Source: Octopus bimaculoides
Taxonomy: Eukaryota
DNA: 64,000 bases
Assembly: GCF_001194135.2 (NCBI RefSeq)
Contig: NC_068991.1
Coordinates: forward strand, 73,252,057-73,316,056
Direction of reading: 5' to 3'
Shown: in pieces, positions 23,986 through 37,380 of the stretch
Position numbering within the stretch: the first letter of the stretch is position 1
Layout: every line of letters starts with the position of its first letter
Made by a program: the position numbers and the translations under genes
The notes under the pieces: generated by a model
Databases searched by the model: none
What the model saw: the letters and a program-made list of their open reading frames with translations, nothing else
What the model was told of the DNA's origin: nothing

Positions 23986-25561
23986 AAAAAACTACTTCAA
24001 AACCGGCAGCATCTCAGCCCATATCTATGGCAATAATTCTTGTTATTCAAATGAAGATTAATTTATGCAGTTGGCTATGTTAGTAAATGTCGAGTCGGTT
24101 GTCTCGAATGGGAAGCCGTTTCAGATGAAGAAAATGACCACTTCACTTAGGAAACATAATGTATTCCAAGTTTTTCTATGCATACACTTCTCAGAATTGT
24201 CTCACTTCCAAGGATGGGTCTTAGTTTCTTTGTTATAACCGAATTTCTTCCTTACAGGAAGAATTAAAATAGATACAAGAAAAAGAGAAGATAGCATATA
24301 TAGCATGGATGCAAGTGGGATGAACTCGCCCTCTCGAAGAAAGAATATAGCTCCATAATTCTTATCTTGCATATTGTCATTTGCAATAATCATCAAAAAG
24401 GTATTATTGGCGCTGCGGAATTTTTCTAACCATTATTACCTGTTATTTACAATCGTTACAAGCTTACCAACAAAGAGCGGATGGATAAGAAAACAAAAAA
24501 CAAACAAAGGAGCAATGAAACACCAATCAGGAAGGCAATACAAACACATGAAAAAAGAGAGAAAGGATGAAGGAGGAGGCTTAAGACAGATAACTCACAA
24601 CATCCGGTGTCGCTCCGGTATCTTCTGTTAAACATCAGCAACAAAAACATACATTAACAAAACGGTCGTTGGTAAGGAATGTATAATGTCTCACAAGAGA
24701 GACATAAACTCGACAACAAATATTTAGTTCTTGTCGATGTTAGAAGCGACCTTAAATCTACCGGAGAAATGTATACTAACATGGTGCCGTTAGAGAAAAC
24801 CTCTGTAGATTATAAAACGCTAATGCATATTCATGGTTCCTGTAAATCTGAAAACGATGCCATTATGAATAGGAATTGTAACCTCATAACTGCTATATCG
24901 AAACGTTTTGAGGATTGTAGAGTTAGTAATGCAATAGCAAGAAATAGCTACAAAATACCTGTTCGACAATGGCTATGAATGGACACTATTGATTATGTTA
25001 TATATCTATAGAATTTCTTTTACAAGCGAATCAGAGATTCAGTGATGGTACTCTCTATCTACGCGACACAACGTTCTTCTTCGAGAAATATAAATATCCT
25101 TCATAAGACTTTCTGTTCTCTAATAAATCTAAAACGTTGCATGCAAAGTTGTGTATATCCTTATATTCTTCCACAAGCAACACTCTGATCAAAAGTTCAT
25201 AAAAATACAAACAAAAGTAAGCATCAAGAACCAATATTGAGATTCTATGTGATTTTATTCATTGGGTAGAAATAACAACTAAGCTACTCTGAAACAAATA
25301 TTTCGCCTTCTTAGTAAAGAAAAGGATGAGCACGAACTGGATAATGAAATCTTAATAGTATGTGCGTGAAAAAATATGTGATATTGTCAGAAATTCAATG
25401 TCTTTGATTGTGGGTTAATTAAATGAGCTTTGAGCCGAGGCTAACCAACAACGACAACAAGAAAAACAACAGCAACAACAATGAAGGCAACAATAAAAAC
25501 ATAGGATAGAGTAGCCTGGAGAGTAAACAAAACTGATATAAAGAAACGAGCAGCCCAGGAT

Positions 25562-25959
25562 ATCTCTACTTGTTTCAGCTGTTTGACTGTGGCCATGCTG
25601 GAGCATCGCCTTTAGTCGAGCAAATCGACCCAGGACTTATTCTTTGGAGGCCTAGTACTTATTCTATAGGTCTCTTTTTGCCGAACAGCTAAGTTACGGG
25701 GACGTAAACACACCACCATCGGTTGTCAAGCGATGTTGGCGGGGGACAAACACAGACACACAAACATATACACACACATACACATATATGTACATATACA
25801 CGACGGGCTTCTTTCAGTTTCCGTCTACCAAATCTACTCACAAGGGTTTGGTCGGCCCGAGGCTATAGTAGAAGACACTTGCCCAAGGTGCGACACAGTG
25901 GGACTGAACATGGAACCATGTGGTTGGTAAGCAAGATACTTACCACACAGCCACTCCTT
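25562..25959 (-). mobile_element. SINE-B, near full-length
   Basis: All modules are present: tRNA-like head (25959 end), CORE-like ccttgggcaagtgtcttc, internal (CA/TA)n, 3' half and LINE-like tail. Confidence 0.9.
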
Positions 25960-26532
25960 TGGGGGAACTTGGTTTCATGGTGTCCACATGTCCATGTCAC
26001 GTCTGTCAGTTTTTACAGAGCATTGAGGATGTCAGTATTTTCATACCCAGTCAGGTACTTATTCCATCAGTCTCTTGTCTAACCGTTAAGTCATATATAT
26101 ATATATATATATANNNNNNNNNNNNNNNNNNNNNNNNNNNNNNNNNNNNNNNNNNNNNNNNNNNNNNNNNNNNNNNNNNNNNNNNNNNNNNNNNNNNNNN
26201 NNNNNNNNNNNNNNNNNNNNNNNNNNNNNNNNNNNNNNNNNNNNNNNNNNNNNNNNNNNNNNNNNNNNNNNNNNNNNNNNNNNNNNNNNNNNNNNNNNNN
26301 NNNNNNNNNNNNNNNNNNNNNNNNNNNNNNNNNNNNNNNNNNNNNNNNNNNNNNNNNNNNNNNNNNNNNNNNNNNNNNNNNNNNNNNNNNNNNNNNNNNN
26401 NNNNNNNNNNNNNNNNNNNNNNNNNNNNNNNNNNNNNNNNNNNNNNNNNNNNNNNNNNNNNNNNNNNNNNNNNNNNNNNNNNNNNNNNNNNNNNNNNNNN
26501 NNNNNNNNNNNNNATATATATATATATATATA

Positions 26533-26743
26533 TGGTTGTGTGTCTCAACTTGTCCCCCAACCGTCGCTTGACAACCGATAGTCGTGTGTTTACGACCCCG
26601 TAACTTACCGGTAAAGTAAAAGCGACGATAAAATAAGTACCAGGATTACAAATAACAAGTGTCCTGCGTGACGGTTAGTTCGACAAGAGGCGGTGCCCCA
26701 GTATGGCTACATTGAAATGACTGAAACAAGTAAAGGAATAAAA
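26533..26743 (+). mobile_element. SINE-B 3' half
   Basis: tgtcccccaaccgtcgcttgacaaccga...ccccgtaactta...ataagtaccaggattacaa...ggcggtgccccagtatggc...gactgaaacaagtaaa. The 5' part is probably in the preceding gap. Confidence 0.85.
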
Positions 26744-26764
26744 GAGTATATATGTATATGTATA

Positions 26765-26797
<33 letters not shown>

Positions 26798-26799
26798 AT

Positions 26800-26950
26800 G
26801 ACGGGATTCTTTCAGTTTCCATCTACAAAATACGCTTTTTGGTACGACTCTACTTTAGAAGACATCTGCCCAAGGTATCACTTAGTGGGACTGAACACAA
26901 AACCATGAGATTTGGAATCAAGCTTCACACTACACAGCCACAACTGCAGC
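26800..26950 (-). mobile_element. SINE-B head and core
   Basis: gacgggattctttcagtttcc...gaagacatctgcccaagg...gtgggactgaac...cacagccac. Confidence 0.85.
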
Positions 26951-27001
26951 TATACCAATATGTATCTATCGATCTATAAATATTAAATATACCTATGTAT
27001 G

Positions 27002-27056
<55 letters not shown>

Positions 27057-27599
27057 CATATATATACACACACACACATGCACAATTTGTGAATATAGTT
27101 TAATACATACAACCATGGAAAAAAATAAATACGATAGGATTTGGTATAAAATTTAATGGGAGCTGTCACTTAAGTAGTGCAGCTCTGAGCTATACATACC
27201 TATATATTTATATCCTATTTTGCGACCTTCTTTCTTCGCGTAAAATATTATTATTTTGTATTTTATAAACACCTTCGTTTTCCGATTTCCGCAGGAACGA
27301 GATTGCGTTCTTGATTCTGTCACGATAAGCGATACATCAAAACACTTTAATTTCAAAGTTGTTCCCTTCTATCCTGTAATATGTAAATACAAATGTAAAT
27401 ATCTTAAAATCAAACTGGTAGTAAAATACTGGCCTGTGTTTCTCTGTGTGATACTTGAGGAAGAATATGTGTAATTAAGTAGTCATAAATATTTGCTTAT
27501 CTACAGATCGATTCCCTTACAACTACTTTAATATTGATTTCTTTTGAACAGCAGAAGAACCGATGGATCTTCCGTCCCTTTCGACGATTTCCTGCTCGT

Positions 27600-27945
27600 C
27601 ATATATATATACTCAGGCCTATTCTCCATTTTTTAGGAAGAGATAGCTACAAGACACACACCAGGCATTCAATTCGTTTCCCAGCTCAAAGGGGAAAGCC
27701 CCGTTCTATGCTCTGGCCAAGGCAAGAACGCAACCCCCAATATCAGCAGCGGAGACCGACAGAATATGCTGGTTTATTCCCGCCGCATCATGCTGGTTCT
27801 GTACCCTTTTGAACAACTTCAAATTCACTCATCCGTCCACAAACACTCTCTTGCCTCTCTCACTCCAGCACCTCTAACCACCAAAGCATTCCTCACTCCA
27901 TCCATCCACACAAACTGAGGTCTGCCTCTGGTCCTCTCGTCCTAT
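27600..27945 (-). mobile_element. RTE-clade LINE 3' end
   Basis: Minus-strand ERTRGRPQFVWMDGVRNALVVRGAGVREARE is the typical RTE C-terminal RGRP..W.D motif. It is followed by a putative 3' UTR and (AT)n. Confidence 0.7.
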
Positions 27946-27984
27946 TGACATGTAAATAGGCTGAGTATTCCAGATATGTGCTGT

Positions 27985-28201
27985 ATTCTTTTCTATTCTG
28001 GGCACAAGGCCCGAAATTTTGGGGGAGTGGGCCAGTCGATTATATCGACCCCAGTACGCAACTGGTACTTAATTTATCGACCCCGAAAGGATGAAAGGGA
28101 AAGTCGACCTCGGCGGAATTTGAACTCAGAACATAACGACGGGCGAAATACCGCAAAGCATTTCGTCCAGCGTGTTAACGATTCTGCCAGCTCGCCGCCT
28201 T
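27985..28201 (-). mobile_element. SINE-A, full-length, low divergence
   Basis: Complete head (aggcggcgagctggcagaatcg...gagttcaaattcc), central gcctttcatcctttcggggtcgataaattaagtacc-type block, and tail. Confidence 0.95.
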
Positions 28202-28379
28202 CAGATAAGTGCTGTATTGATGCACCAAAGATGGTCCTGTGAATTACTAATATAATCCATAGAGAGAAAATAAGGACAGACGTATCGACGCTTGGACTAA
28301 TACTTTATCGCCTCTGCGGGATTTGAACACAAAACACTGAAACAAATTGAACCAAAGGAGTGAAAGGAAATCGAAGCAA

Positions 28380-28890
28380 ATCTTCAAAACAAATTGGTCT
28401 CAGAACATTCGCAGCCCTAGTGTTAGCGAGGGAATGAAGTTTTTCTACGAAACGTTAATCAAGATCTGTCGAAAGCATATCCGATTTAAACTCGCCTATT
28501 CCTGCAGGAACTTGATTCATGCGTACTCATGAATCAACAATATAACAGTTTATTTTTCCAAGCCTATAATTAACAAAGGAGTTCATAATCCAAACGGATT
28601 CTTTGATCGCCGGAATTCAACTGCAAAGTCACATGTAGAAATTAATGATATTATGCAAGATAACATACTTAAAAACCTGCAAAAACAACCTTGCGAAACC
28701 ATTAAGGATGCCGTTTCAAAAATCGCTAGATACAGGCATTTTGCTGCAACTACAGAAAGCCACAATAGTAACACAAAGAAGCTAACCCAACCGCAACGCT
28801 TCGACTGGAAGCATTGAAAGAAAAAAATGGCGTCCTGTCTAACGTTTTTACAACTTTGTTAAGCTGCCGGTTTGTAATAAGATGTATATC
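28380..28890 (+). mobile_element. Decayed PLE linker/GIY-YIG region
   Basis: RFKLAYSCRNL (~K.SYSCM.N), RFKNR (~FK.RY.NH), LKEKN and LLSCRF (~EL.SKCRH) occur in PLE order across frameshifts. Weak, by eye. Confidence 0.45.
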
Positions 28891-28893
28891 TTG

Positions 28894-29078
28894 AGGCGGC
28901 GAGCTAGCAGAAACAGCACACCAGGCAAAATGCTTAGCAGTATTTCGTCTGTCTTTACGTTCTGAGTTTAAATTCCCCCGAGGTCGACTTTGCCTTTCAT
29001 CCTTTCGAGGTACTGGGGTCGATCTAATCGACTGGCTCTTCCTCCAAAATTTCGGGCCTTGTGCCTAGAGTAAAAAAG
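28894..29078 (+). mobile_element. SINE-A with ~25-nt central deletion
   Basis: aggcggcgagctagcagaaac...gtcgactttgcctttcatcctttcgag|gtactggggtcgatctaatcgactgg...gggccttgtgcctagag. Confidence 0.95.
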
Positions 29079-31065
29079 GGTATAAGTACCGGGTTTAAAA
29101 ATATAAATAATGGCTGGCGTCGATCGTTTCAATTATGATCCAGTATGATCCAAGTAAAAGATAAAACTGATACCAGCTTTGGCATTCCCGCACACGGTAG
29201 AGTGGGATTAGAAGATGTGGCTGCTATTTTCAGCATACCAAATTGCCTTTATAATGTTCTTATATTGAGAATTGATATGTAAAATCAAATCAAGCGAATT
29301 TCGAACTCTAAACATCGAATAACAATATTATTTTCTAAAAGTACTGTAATATAGTCGTCCTTCAACCGTCTTTCCATAAAGACCACCTTCTATGAAGCAG
29401 ATAATAGTGCATCGATCGATTTCATAATTTTCACTCGGGAATTCTAAATATTAAATTTACTTCAAAACGCGGCTTTGATTTATTTCCATTATATTACGAC
29501 AGCCTTTTAATTCATTTAGGCTAAAATAACTAATTAGCATTGTGCTCCTTTGCGTTGTAAATACTTTGATATCTGACTTGTACGACTTGCTTCTTTCTTT
29601 TCTGTTTTTCTTCTTCATAGATTCCCAACGAACCATCATGAGAAAAAAAAACCCCTCAGAATATTTGCTTCCAAATTAGATCTTGGAAAATGGACATAAA
29701 ACTATAGATGAAAGCATTTCCAAACGGCAGATATTATTTTGACAGTATTTCTTTAGTATATAATTATGAAATCAATTCGTTTTTCTCTACCATTAACCCC
29801 TTCTGTTTATAATATCTGATATTTATTACGCCAAATTGGCGACTCTTAGACTGAACACTGTTGTTACAGCTTTCAATTGGTTCAACGGCAAATAGCCATT
29901 GAGGTATTTCAATAATTAAACGTATCTGCGTTGTTTCAAACCGTAATTTTGACTACCACGCAGGTTTTATGTATAGCAGACGACAATTATATACACATGC
30001 TGGGAAATGCCGTATCAATTGAATACCCATTACTATCATTAATAAAAAAAGCAATACAAGTTAAGAACAAAGCGTTAATGAAATGTCTATATGGTGGGGA
30101 TAGGAGATACGTCTAATACGATTATATATTTTTCTCTGTTATTATTCTCATACGTACTTCGTGATGAAATATATTTGTTTAATATTTATCTATACTACAT
30201 TTAGAAATCGATGTCCAAAATTTGTATCTATGTTAGTATTATGTATAAATCGATGAATAAAATTATCTCTCAACGTATTATGATTATATATCGAGGAATC
30301 AAAATTCCTGATAACGATCTGAAATCAAACCAATCGAAATATCGAGTATATTTTAGTATTAAAATAAATTGCTTAATTGTACTAAATTATTGTTTCCTCT
30401 AATTTCCAAAGAAAAAAAAATGAAATAAAATCTCATAAATTTAAGAATTATTCCTTTCTCTTCTGTAATTATACTGTAAAACAGACTCACGCGCTCACAC
30501 ACACGCATTTACATATACAATACTACATATTAATTATTAAGAAAAAAGGAGGTAGTTAGAATATTGGATAATTATTTATTTTATGATTTCATCTCTTTTG
30601 AAATATCAAAGTAAAATGAAGAATTGACCTCTGCATAGAATACCACATTATTTAAGAATGTGTTTACTTATTTATTAGAACGAAACGAAGTAAATTGTCC
30701 CTAGCAAGATTTGAGCACAGAATGAAAAGATTTCGGATGACTACTGCAAGTTAATCTAACCGATACATCTAACAACTCTGTCACTTTGTCGTCTTAGACG
30801 TACATAGCAGATAAATCAAGGGAGACTTGCAGGAGACTACATTCAACAAAACCGTAATATTTCAAAAAGGGTTTTTTTTTGTCTGGAGAAAGCAAAAGGG
30901 TTTTCATGGCCATTTGAACACCAGAATCTATTGTGTCCAATAAATTCATCAACACCCAAGCAAAAAGTGTCTTTCTGTGAAGAGAGACATTTTTCCGAAG
31001 CGTCAAACGCTTATCATTCAACACCAAATGAACTCAAGAATATATATATATAACAATGGGACAAG

Positions 31066-31100
<35 letters not shown>

Positions 31101-31103
31101 CCA

Positions 31104-31259
31104 TGGGTTTGTTTAAGTTTCCGTCTACTAAATCTAATTTTCAAGGCTTTGGTTGCCCGATGCTATAGTAGAAGAGACTTGCCCAAGATGCCACGCAGTG
31201 GGACTGAACCCAGAAACACATAGTTGGGAAGCAAGCTTCTTACCACTCAGCCACGCCTG
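31104..31259 (-). mobile_element. SINE-B head and core
   Basis: agtttccgtctac...gacttgcccaagatgccacgcagtgggactgaaccc...gggaagcaagcttcttaccactcagccacgcctg. Confidence 0.9.
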
Positions 31260-31437
31260 AAATGCATATCTAAAACGGGAATTCGGTTGAATGCCTGTGA
31301 AGAGTGAATGAAATAGGCGCTGGTTACAAAGTTGAACCTCAAGACGTATTCATTGCAGTAGAAATATCTCCGACAAAAATTTCCAAAAGCAAATAATGAT
31401 TTGTATATGATGTAAATATATGACTAACATATATATT

Positions 31438-31473
<36 letters not shown>

Positions 31474-32391
31474 NNNNNNNNNNNNNNNNNNNNNNNNNNN
31501 NNNNNNNNNNNNNNNNNNNNNNNNNNNNNNNNNNNNNNNNNNNNNNNNNNNNNNNNNNNNNNNNNNNNNNNNNNNNNNNNNNNNNNNNNNNNNNNNNNNN
31601 NNNNNNNNNNNNNNNNNNNNNNNNNNNNNNNNNNNNNNNNNNNNNNNNNNNNNNNNNNNNNNNNNNNNNNNNNNNNNNNNNNNNNNNNNNNNNNNNNNNN
31701 NNNNNNNNNNNNNNNNNNNNNNNNNNNNNNNNNNNNNNNNNNNNNNNNNNNNNNNNNNNNNNNNNNNNNNNNNNNNNNNNNNNNNNNNNNNNNNNNNNNN
31801 NNNNNNNNNNNNNNNNNNNNNNNNNNNNNNNNNNNNNNNNNNNNNNNNNNNNNNNNNNNNNNNNNNNNNNNNNNNNNNNNNNNNNNNNNNNNNNNNNNNN
31901 NNNNNNNNNNNNNNNNNNNNNNNNNNNNNNNNNNNNNNNNNNNNNNNNNNNNNNNNNNNNNNNNNNNNNNNNNNNNNNNNNNNNNNNNNNNNNNNNNNNN
32001 NNNNNNNNNNNNNNNNNNNNNNNNNNNNNNNNNNNNNNNNNNNNNNNNNNNNNNNNNNNNNNNNNNNNNNNNNNNNNNNNNNNNNNNNNNNNNNNNNNNN
32101 NNNNNNNNNNNNNNNNNNNNNNNNNNNNNNNNNNNNNNNNNNNNNNNNNNNNNNNNNNNNNNNNNNNNNNNNNNNNNNNNNNNNNNNNNNNNNNNNNNNN
32201 NNNNNNNNNNNNNNNNNNNNNNNNNNNNNNNNNNNNNNNNNNNNNNNNNNNNNNNNNNNNNNNNNNNNNNNNNNNNNNNNNNNNNNNNNNNNNNNNNNNN
32301 NNNNNNNNNNNNNNNNNNNNNNNNNNNNNNNNNNNNNNNNNNNNNNNNNNNNNNNNNNNNNNNNNNNNNNNNNNNNNNNNNNNNNNNNNNN

Positions 32392-32441
<50 letters not shown>

Positions 32442-32534
32442 TCTACATTTAACCACATACGAGGTATTCGTCATAAGATTCCTGGCACGCTAGAAGGAAT
32501 ATCTAAAATCCAAACCATAATAAATTTATATATA

Positions 32535-32694
32535 ACGGGCCTCTTTCAGTTTCCGCCAACCAAATCCACTCGCAAAACTTCGCTCGGCTTGACATTATAG
32601 TAGTAAACACTTCACCAATGTACGACGCAGTGGAACTGAACCCGGTACCGTAGGCTTGGGAAGCAAGCTTCGTACCACACAGACACGCGTGCGC
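32535..32694 (-). mobile_element. SINE-B head and core
   Basis: acgggcctctttcagtttccgccaaccaaatccactc...gcagtggaactgaacccgg...gggaagcaagcttcgtaccacacagacacgc. Confidence 0.85.
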
Positions 32695-33299
32695 TTTATA
32701 TATTCATATACTTAACAGGTAATCACATTATAAAAGATAAAAATTTTTCTTCACTCAAGCGATATTCTGTAGTCGTTTCAGGTACAAAGGTTAATTAGTT
32801 CATATATTGATTGTTAAGTAGCAAATCAGATAAAAATTTCATTTACCTTTTTGAAATAGAGTAATTATTAAGGTAAATCTTCGGTGAATATTTAAGATAA
32901 TTAGTAAAACAGATAGATGATAATATGAACACATTCACACACACACAGGCACACACGCACACACACAGGCACACACACAGGCACACAGGCACACACATGC
33001 ACACACACAGGCACACACGCACACACACGCATACGTATGTATAGACATTGTATATGTATATGTGCATGTGTATGTTTGTATATATACAGAGAAAGAGACA
33101 GACATGATTATACATACATATATATATATATATATATACACTGATATATATACATATATATTACATATGTAATATATATATATATATACATATATATTAC
33201 ATATATAATATACATATATACATATATATACACATATATAATACGTACATACACGCATATACATATATATAACATACATATATACATACATATATATAT

Positions 33300-33351
<52 letters not shown>

Positions 33352-33384
33352 ACCCACATATACATTTATATAGTGAGAATTTAC

Positions 33385-33545
33385 AAAAAACTAAAGACGA
33401 AGACGGGTATGTAAACAGCAAACAGATGTATTAGTTTAACGCTCAGGAATTGATAAAGTCTTTTACGTTTCGAGCCTACGCTCTTCAACAGAAAAGAACA
33501 CAGAAATAAACAGAGAGAGAGAAAAGAAAATAGAGAGAAAGATAG
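33385..33545 (-). mobile_element. PLE terminal-repeat fragment (family C), homologous to 7319-7490
   Basis: agacgaagacgg...gatgtattagtttaacgctcaggaa...aagtcttttacgtttcgagcctacgctcttcaacagaaaag aligns with the 7.3-7.4 kb segment. Confidence 0.8.
33459..33497 (-). ncRNA. Minimal type I hammerhead-like ribozyme, CUGUUGA core variant (second copy)
   Basis: Minus strand reads UCUUUU-CUGUUGA-A-GAGC-guag-GCUC-GAA-ACGU-A-AAAGA, with a GUA triplet. Stem I is 3 bp plus a G-U wobble. Confidence 0.65.
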
Positions 33546-34295
33546 TGTGTATGTATATATATATATATACACGCACACACACTCTTTGTCTCTCTCTCTC
33601 TCTCTCACACACACACATATATATATATGGATCACTATCTGTCTCTCCGCCTCTCTGAGCATCTCTCTGTATATACGCGTGTATGTACGTATATATCTAC
33701 TTGTGTCTGTATATTATTCATCCCTATTTACTTTCATAATGATATGCACATTAAATAACAAAAATATCCGCCTTCGGAATTCGACGTTCGATTTATTCTA
33801 TCAAACCTATTCATTCCTATAACTGAAACGTAAGCAGAATTGATCTACTGTAAAGTCTTTGAAATTGTGTTCACATTATATTTAGTCTCCACTAATATAT
33901 TTCGCAAGTCGTTCGGCCGCTTATGTATTTGATATATTTTTCTGTTCCTGAATCAAACAGGACAACGATAAAGATACGGCATCTTACTTTATAGCATATC
34001 CGTTATGTGTTTACGTATTGAATTTCTAGTATTTTACGTAACTGATATCTTTATTATCTGTCGTCCAATCTCTACCAACTGTGGTGATTGTGTAACGTTA
34101 TAATAGCTGAGCGGTCAAACGGGATTGCTCCAGAATTGATTGGTTCCGGGTTCAATCTGAGTGTGCTGAATTGGGCGGTGTGTGCTCTTCATTAATATTA
34201 GGAGTACCAACAATTTGTGAGTGAAACTTATTTGACGGTACCTGGAGAGATGGTCAGATTAACTGGCATTTGTATCTTGCGTGTACCAGGTATTG

Positions 34296-34359
<64 letters not shown>

Positions 34360-35630
34360 ATATATATGTATGTATGTATGTATTTATGTATTTATGTATG
34401 TATGTAGGTATGTATGTAAGTGTGTGCGAGCGTGGTGTGTAGGTATGTATACACAGACTTATACACGCACACATATGTCTATTTGTCTATCTACCGTTAT
34501 CTCTCTCACACTCTATATATGCATAATAACTACATATACAATACATACATACATACATGCGTACACACACACACACACACACGCACACTCACACACACAC
34601 ATATATATGTATGAATGTATGTATGTATGTCCTATCTTCGGTAATATCAACATATCAACAATACATACCGTAGTCAGCCTGTTCATAGTGAGGAACACTT
34701 CGACATTTATATATTCCCTCGGATAATCTTTTTACTTAAGCCTGTCGTTTTGAAATGTTCGCATCAAATCTGAAAGACTCATCGCGAACTAAAGAATACA
34801 TTTATCTCGTATACTCTGGCTTATTATGAAACCTTTGAGACGCAAGTGCACGTCGTCCCACCCTCAAAAATCTCAAATATATACATACATGCGTGTACAC
34901 AAACCGTAACTTAAATTCACCAACGCATCCTGGTAATCTTTATATCTATTATTGAAGGAAGCAGACAACTATGTTTATGGGTGGTTTGGTAACGCACCCC
35001 CACCACAACAGCACGACTCACTTTATATGTGAACAAATCTGGTGATCTTTATCGATATATTGATGACGTGAAGTGTATAGAAAAGTATTGTTCTTTTGCA
35101 TTACAACATAAAATATCATAAAAAGATGAAGTACAACAAACAAACAAAAAAGAGAGAGAGAAAGAAAGAAAACACTCCCGGCGCTATGTTTAGATAGAAA
35201 AATTCTTTATTCGGTTTTCCAATAATTCGATGTTATTTGAAATTAACTTAAATACGAAAATAGCAAAGTTTGCTTACTCTTGCAATTGGTTATTTAGATT
35301 AGAACTAATAAAAACCAATGATGTTTTGTGATCGATGCTTAGCCTATCCTTTCTCATTGCTTTGAATCTATTGAAATGTAGTCTCGCTTCACTAAATCAC
35401 TGGAATACATTCTTTGAAATCACACAAAAAAAAAAAATGGAACTAGTTAGCCAGTAAGATAATTTAGATTAAAATGATAGCCCCGATAGCTTGCAGTAGT
35501 TTTCCTCCTCTAATTAGACACATATTTATACATACGTATATATATACACATATATACATATATACAAACAGGAACACATATACAAATGCACATACATATA
35601 TAAAAAAGACGTACAGGCGTAGTACGTACA

Positions 35631-35704
35631 TCCATCCGTACATCCATCTGTCCATCCATCCATCCATCCATCCATCCATCCATCCATACATACATACATA
35701 AATT

Positions 35705-35736
<32 letters not shown>

Positions 35737-35748
35737 CATACATACATA
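35631..35748. repeat. Compound (CCAT)n/(CATA)n tetranucleotide repeat
   Basis: Seen directly. Confidence 0.9.
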
Positions 35749-36021
35749 CAAAAGGACAAACATATATGGTGCTGTGAACACCAAATCCACCAAAGTACGA
35801 TTTTTAAACATCTTCTGCCATTAATGTCGAATACCTCAACAATAGGTTCGCTTGCCTCCTTTAATAAATAATGGAAAGAGCGTTTTTTCACCAACTTAGC
35901 TTCATTTATACCGGACTATAACAGAACTATTTTGCCCACGTAGGATTTTGCATATACGATCATTGACAGCAGCAACGCATAGAGGTTTAACGCATCCCTG
36001 AACTACCTATATACAAGAAAA

Positions 36022-36056
<35 letters not shown>

Positions 36057-37314
36057 CACATAACCGACTTTGTTCTCAGGATGAGTTTTTGAATGTTTAT
36101 TCGGCCACCCCAAATATGAGCAATTATCTCCCCTGTCCCAAGTAAAAACTTAACACCAATTNNNNNNNNNNNNNNNNNNNNNNNNNNNNNNNNNNNNNNN
36201 NNNNNNNNNNNNNNNNNNNNNNNNNNNNNNNNNNNNNNNNNNNNNNNNNNNNNNNNNNNNNNNNNNNNNNNNNNNNNNNNNNNNNNNNNNNNNNNNNNNN
36301 NNNNNNNNNNNNNNNNNNNNNNNNNNNNNNNNNNNNNNNNNNNNNNNNNNNNNNNNNNNNNNNNNNNNNNNNNNNNNNNNNNNNNNNNNNNNNNNNNNNN
36401 NNNNNNNNNNNNNNNNNNNNNNNNNNNNNNNNNNNNNNNNNNNNNNNNNNNNNNNNNNNNNNNNNNNNNNNNNNNNNNNNNNNNNNNNNNNNNNNNNNNN
36501 NNNNNNNNNNNNNNNNNNNNNNNNNNNNNNNNNNNNNNNNNNNNNNNNNNNNNNNNNNNNNNNNNNNNNNNNNNNNNNNNNNNNNNNNNNNNNNNNNNNN
36601 NNNNNNNNNNNNNNNNNNNNNNNNNNNNNNNNNNNNNNNNNNNNNNNNNNNNNNNNNNNNNNNNNNNNNNNNNNNNNNNNNNNNNNNNNNNNNNNNNNNN
36701 NNNNNNNNNNNNNNNNNNNNNNNNNNNNNNNNNNNNNNNNNNNNNNNNNNNNNNNNNNNNNNNNNNNNNNNNNNNNNNNNNNNNNNNNNNNNNNNNNNNN
36801 NNNNNNNNNNNNNNNNNNNNNNNNNNNNNNNNNNNNNNNNNNNNNNNNNNNNNNNNNNNNNNNNNNNNNNNNNNNNNNNNNNNNNNNNNNNNNNNNNNNN
36901 NNNNNNNNNNNNNNNNNNNNNNNNNNNNNNNNNNNNNNNNNNNNNNNNNNNNNNNNNNNNNNNNNNNNNNNNNNNNNNNNNNNNNNNNNTATATATATAT
37001 ATATATTTACATATAAATTCGTTTATATTCGTATATATATATTCGTTTGAACTTCTGTCTTGAAGAGTTCGGTTAAACGAACGAAAGTGCTAATCAAGAA
37101 TTATCTAGAATTCATACTACCTCTTTTTTCCCAATATGCGATATCTGTACACCACTTGAAATACTCTATACATGCATACAGACACACACACAGACACACA
37201 TACACCCACACGCACATATGTACATACGTGCATACAAACATTCCCACAATTATATGCCTGTATATATGAATATACATGCACACATACATACGTGCATACA
37301 AACATTCAAACAAG

Positions 37315-37380
<66 letters not shown>

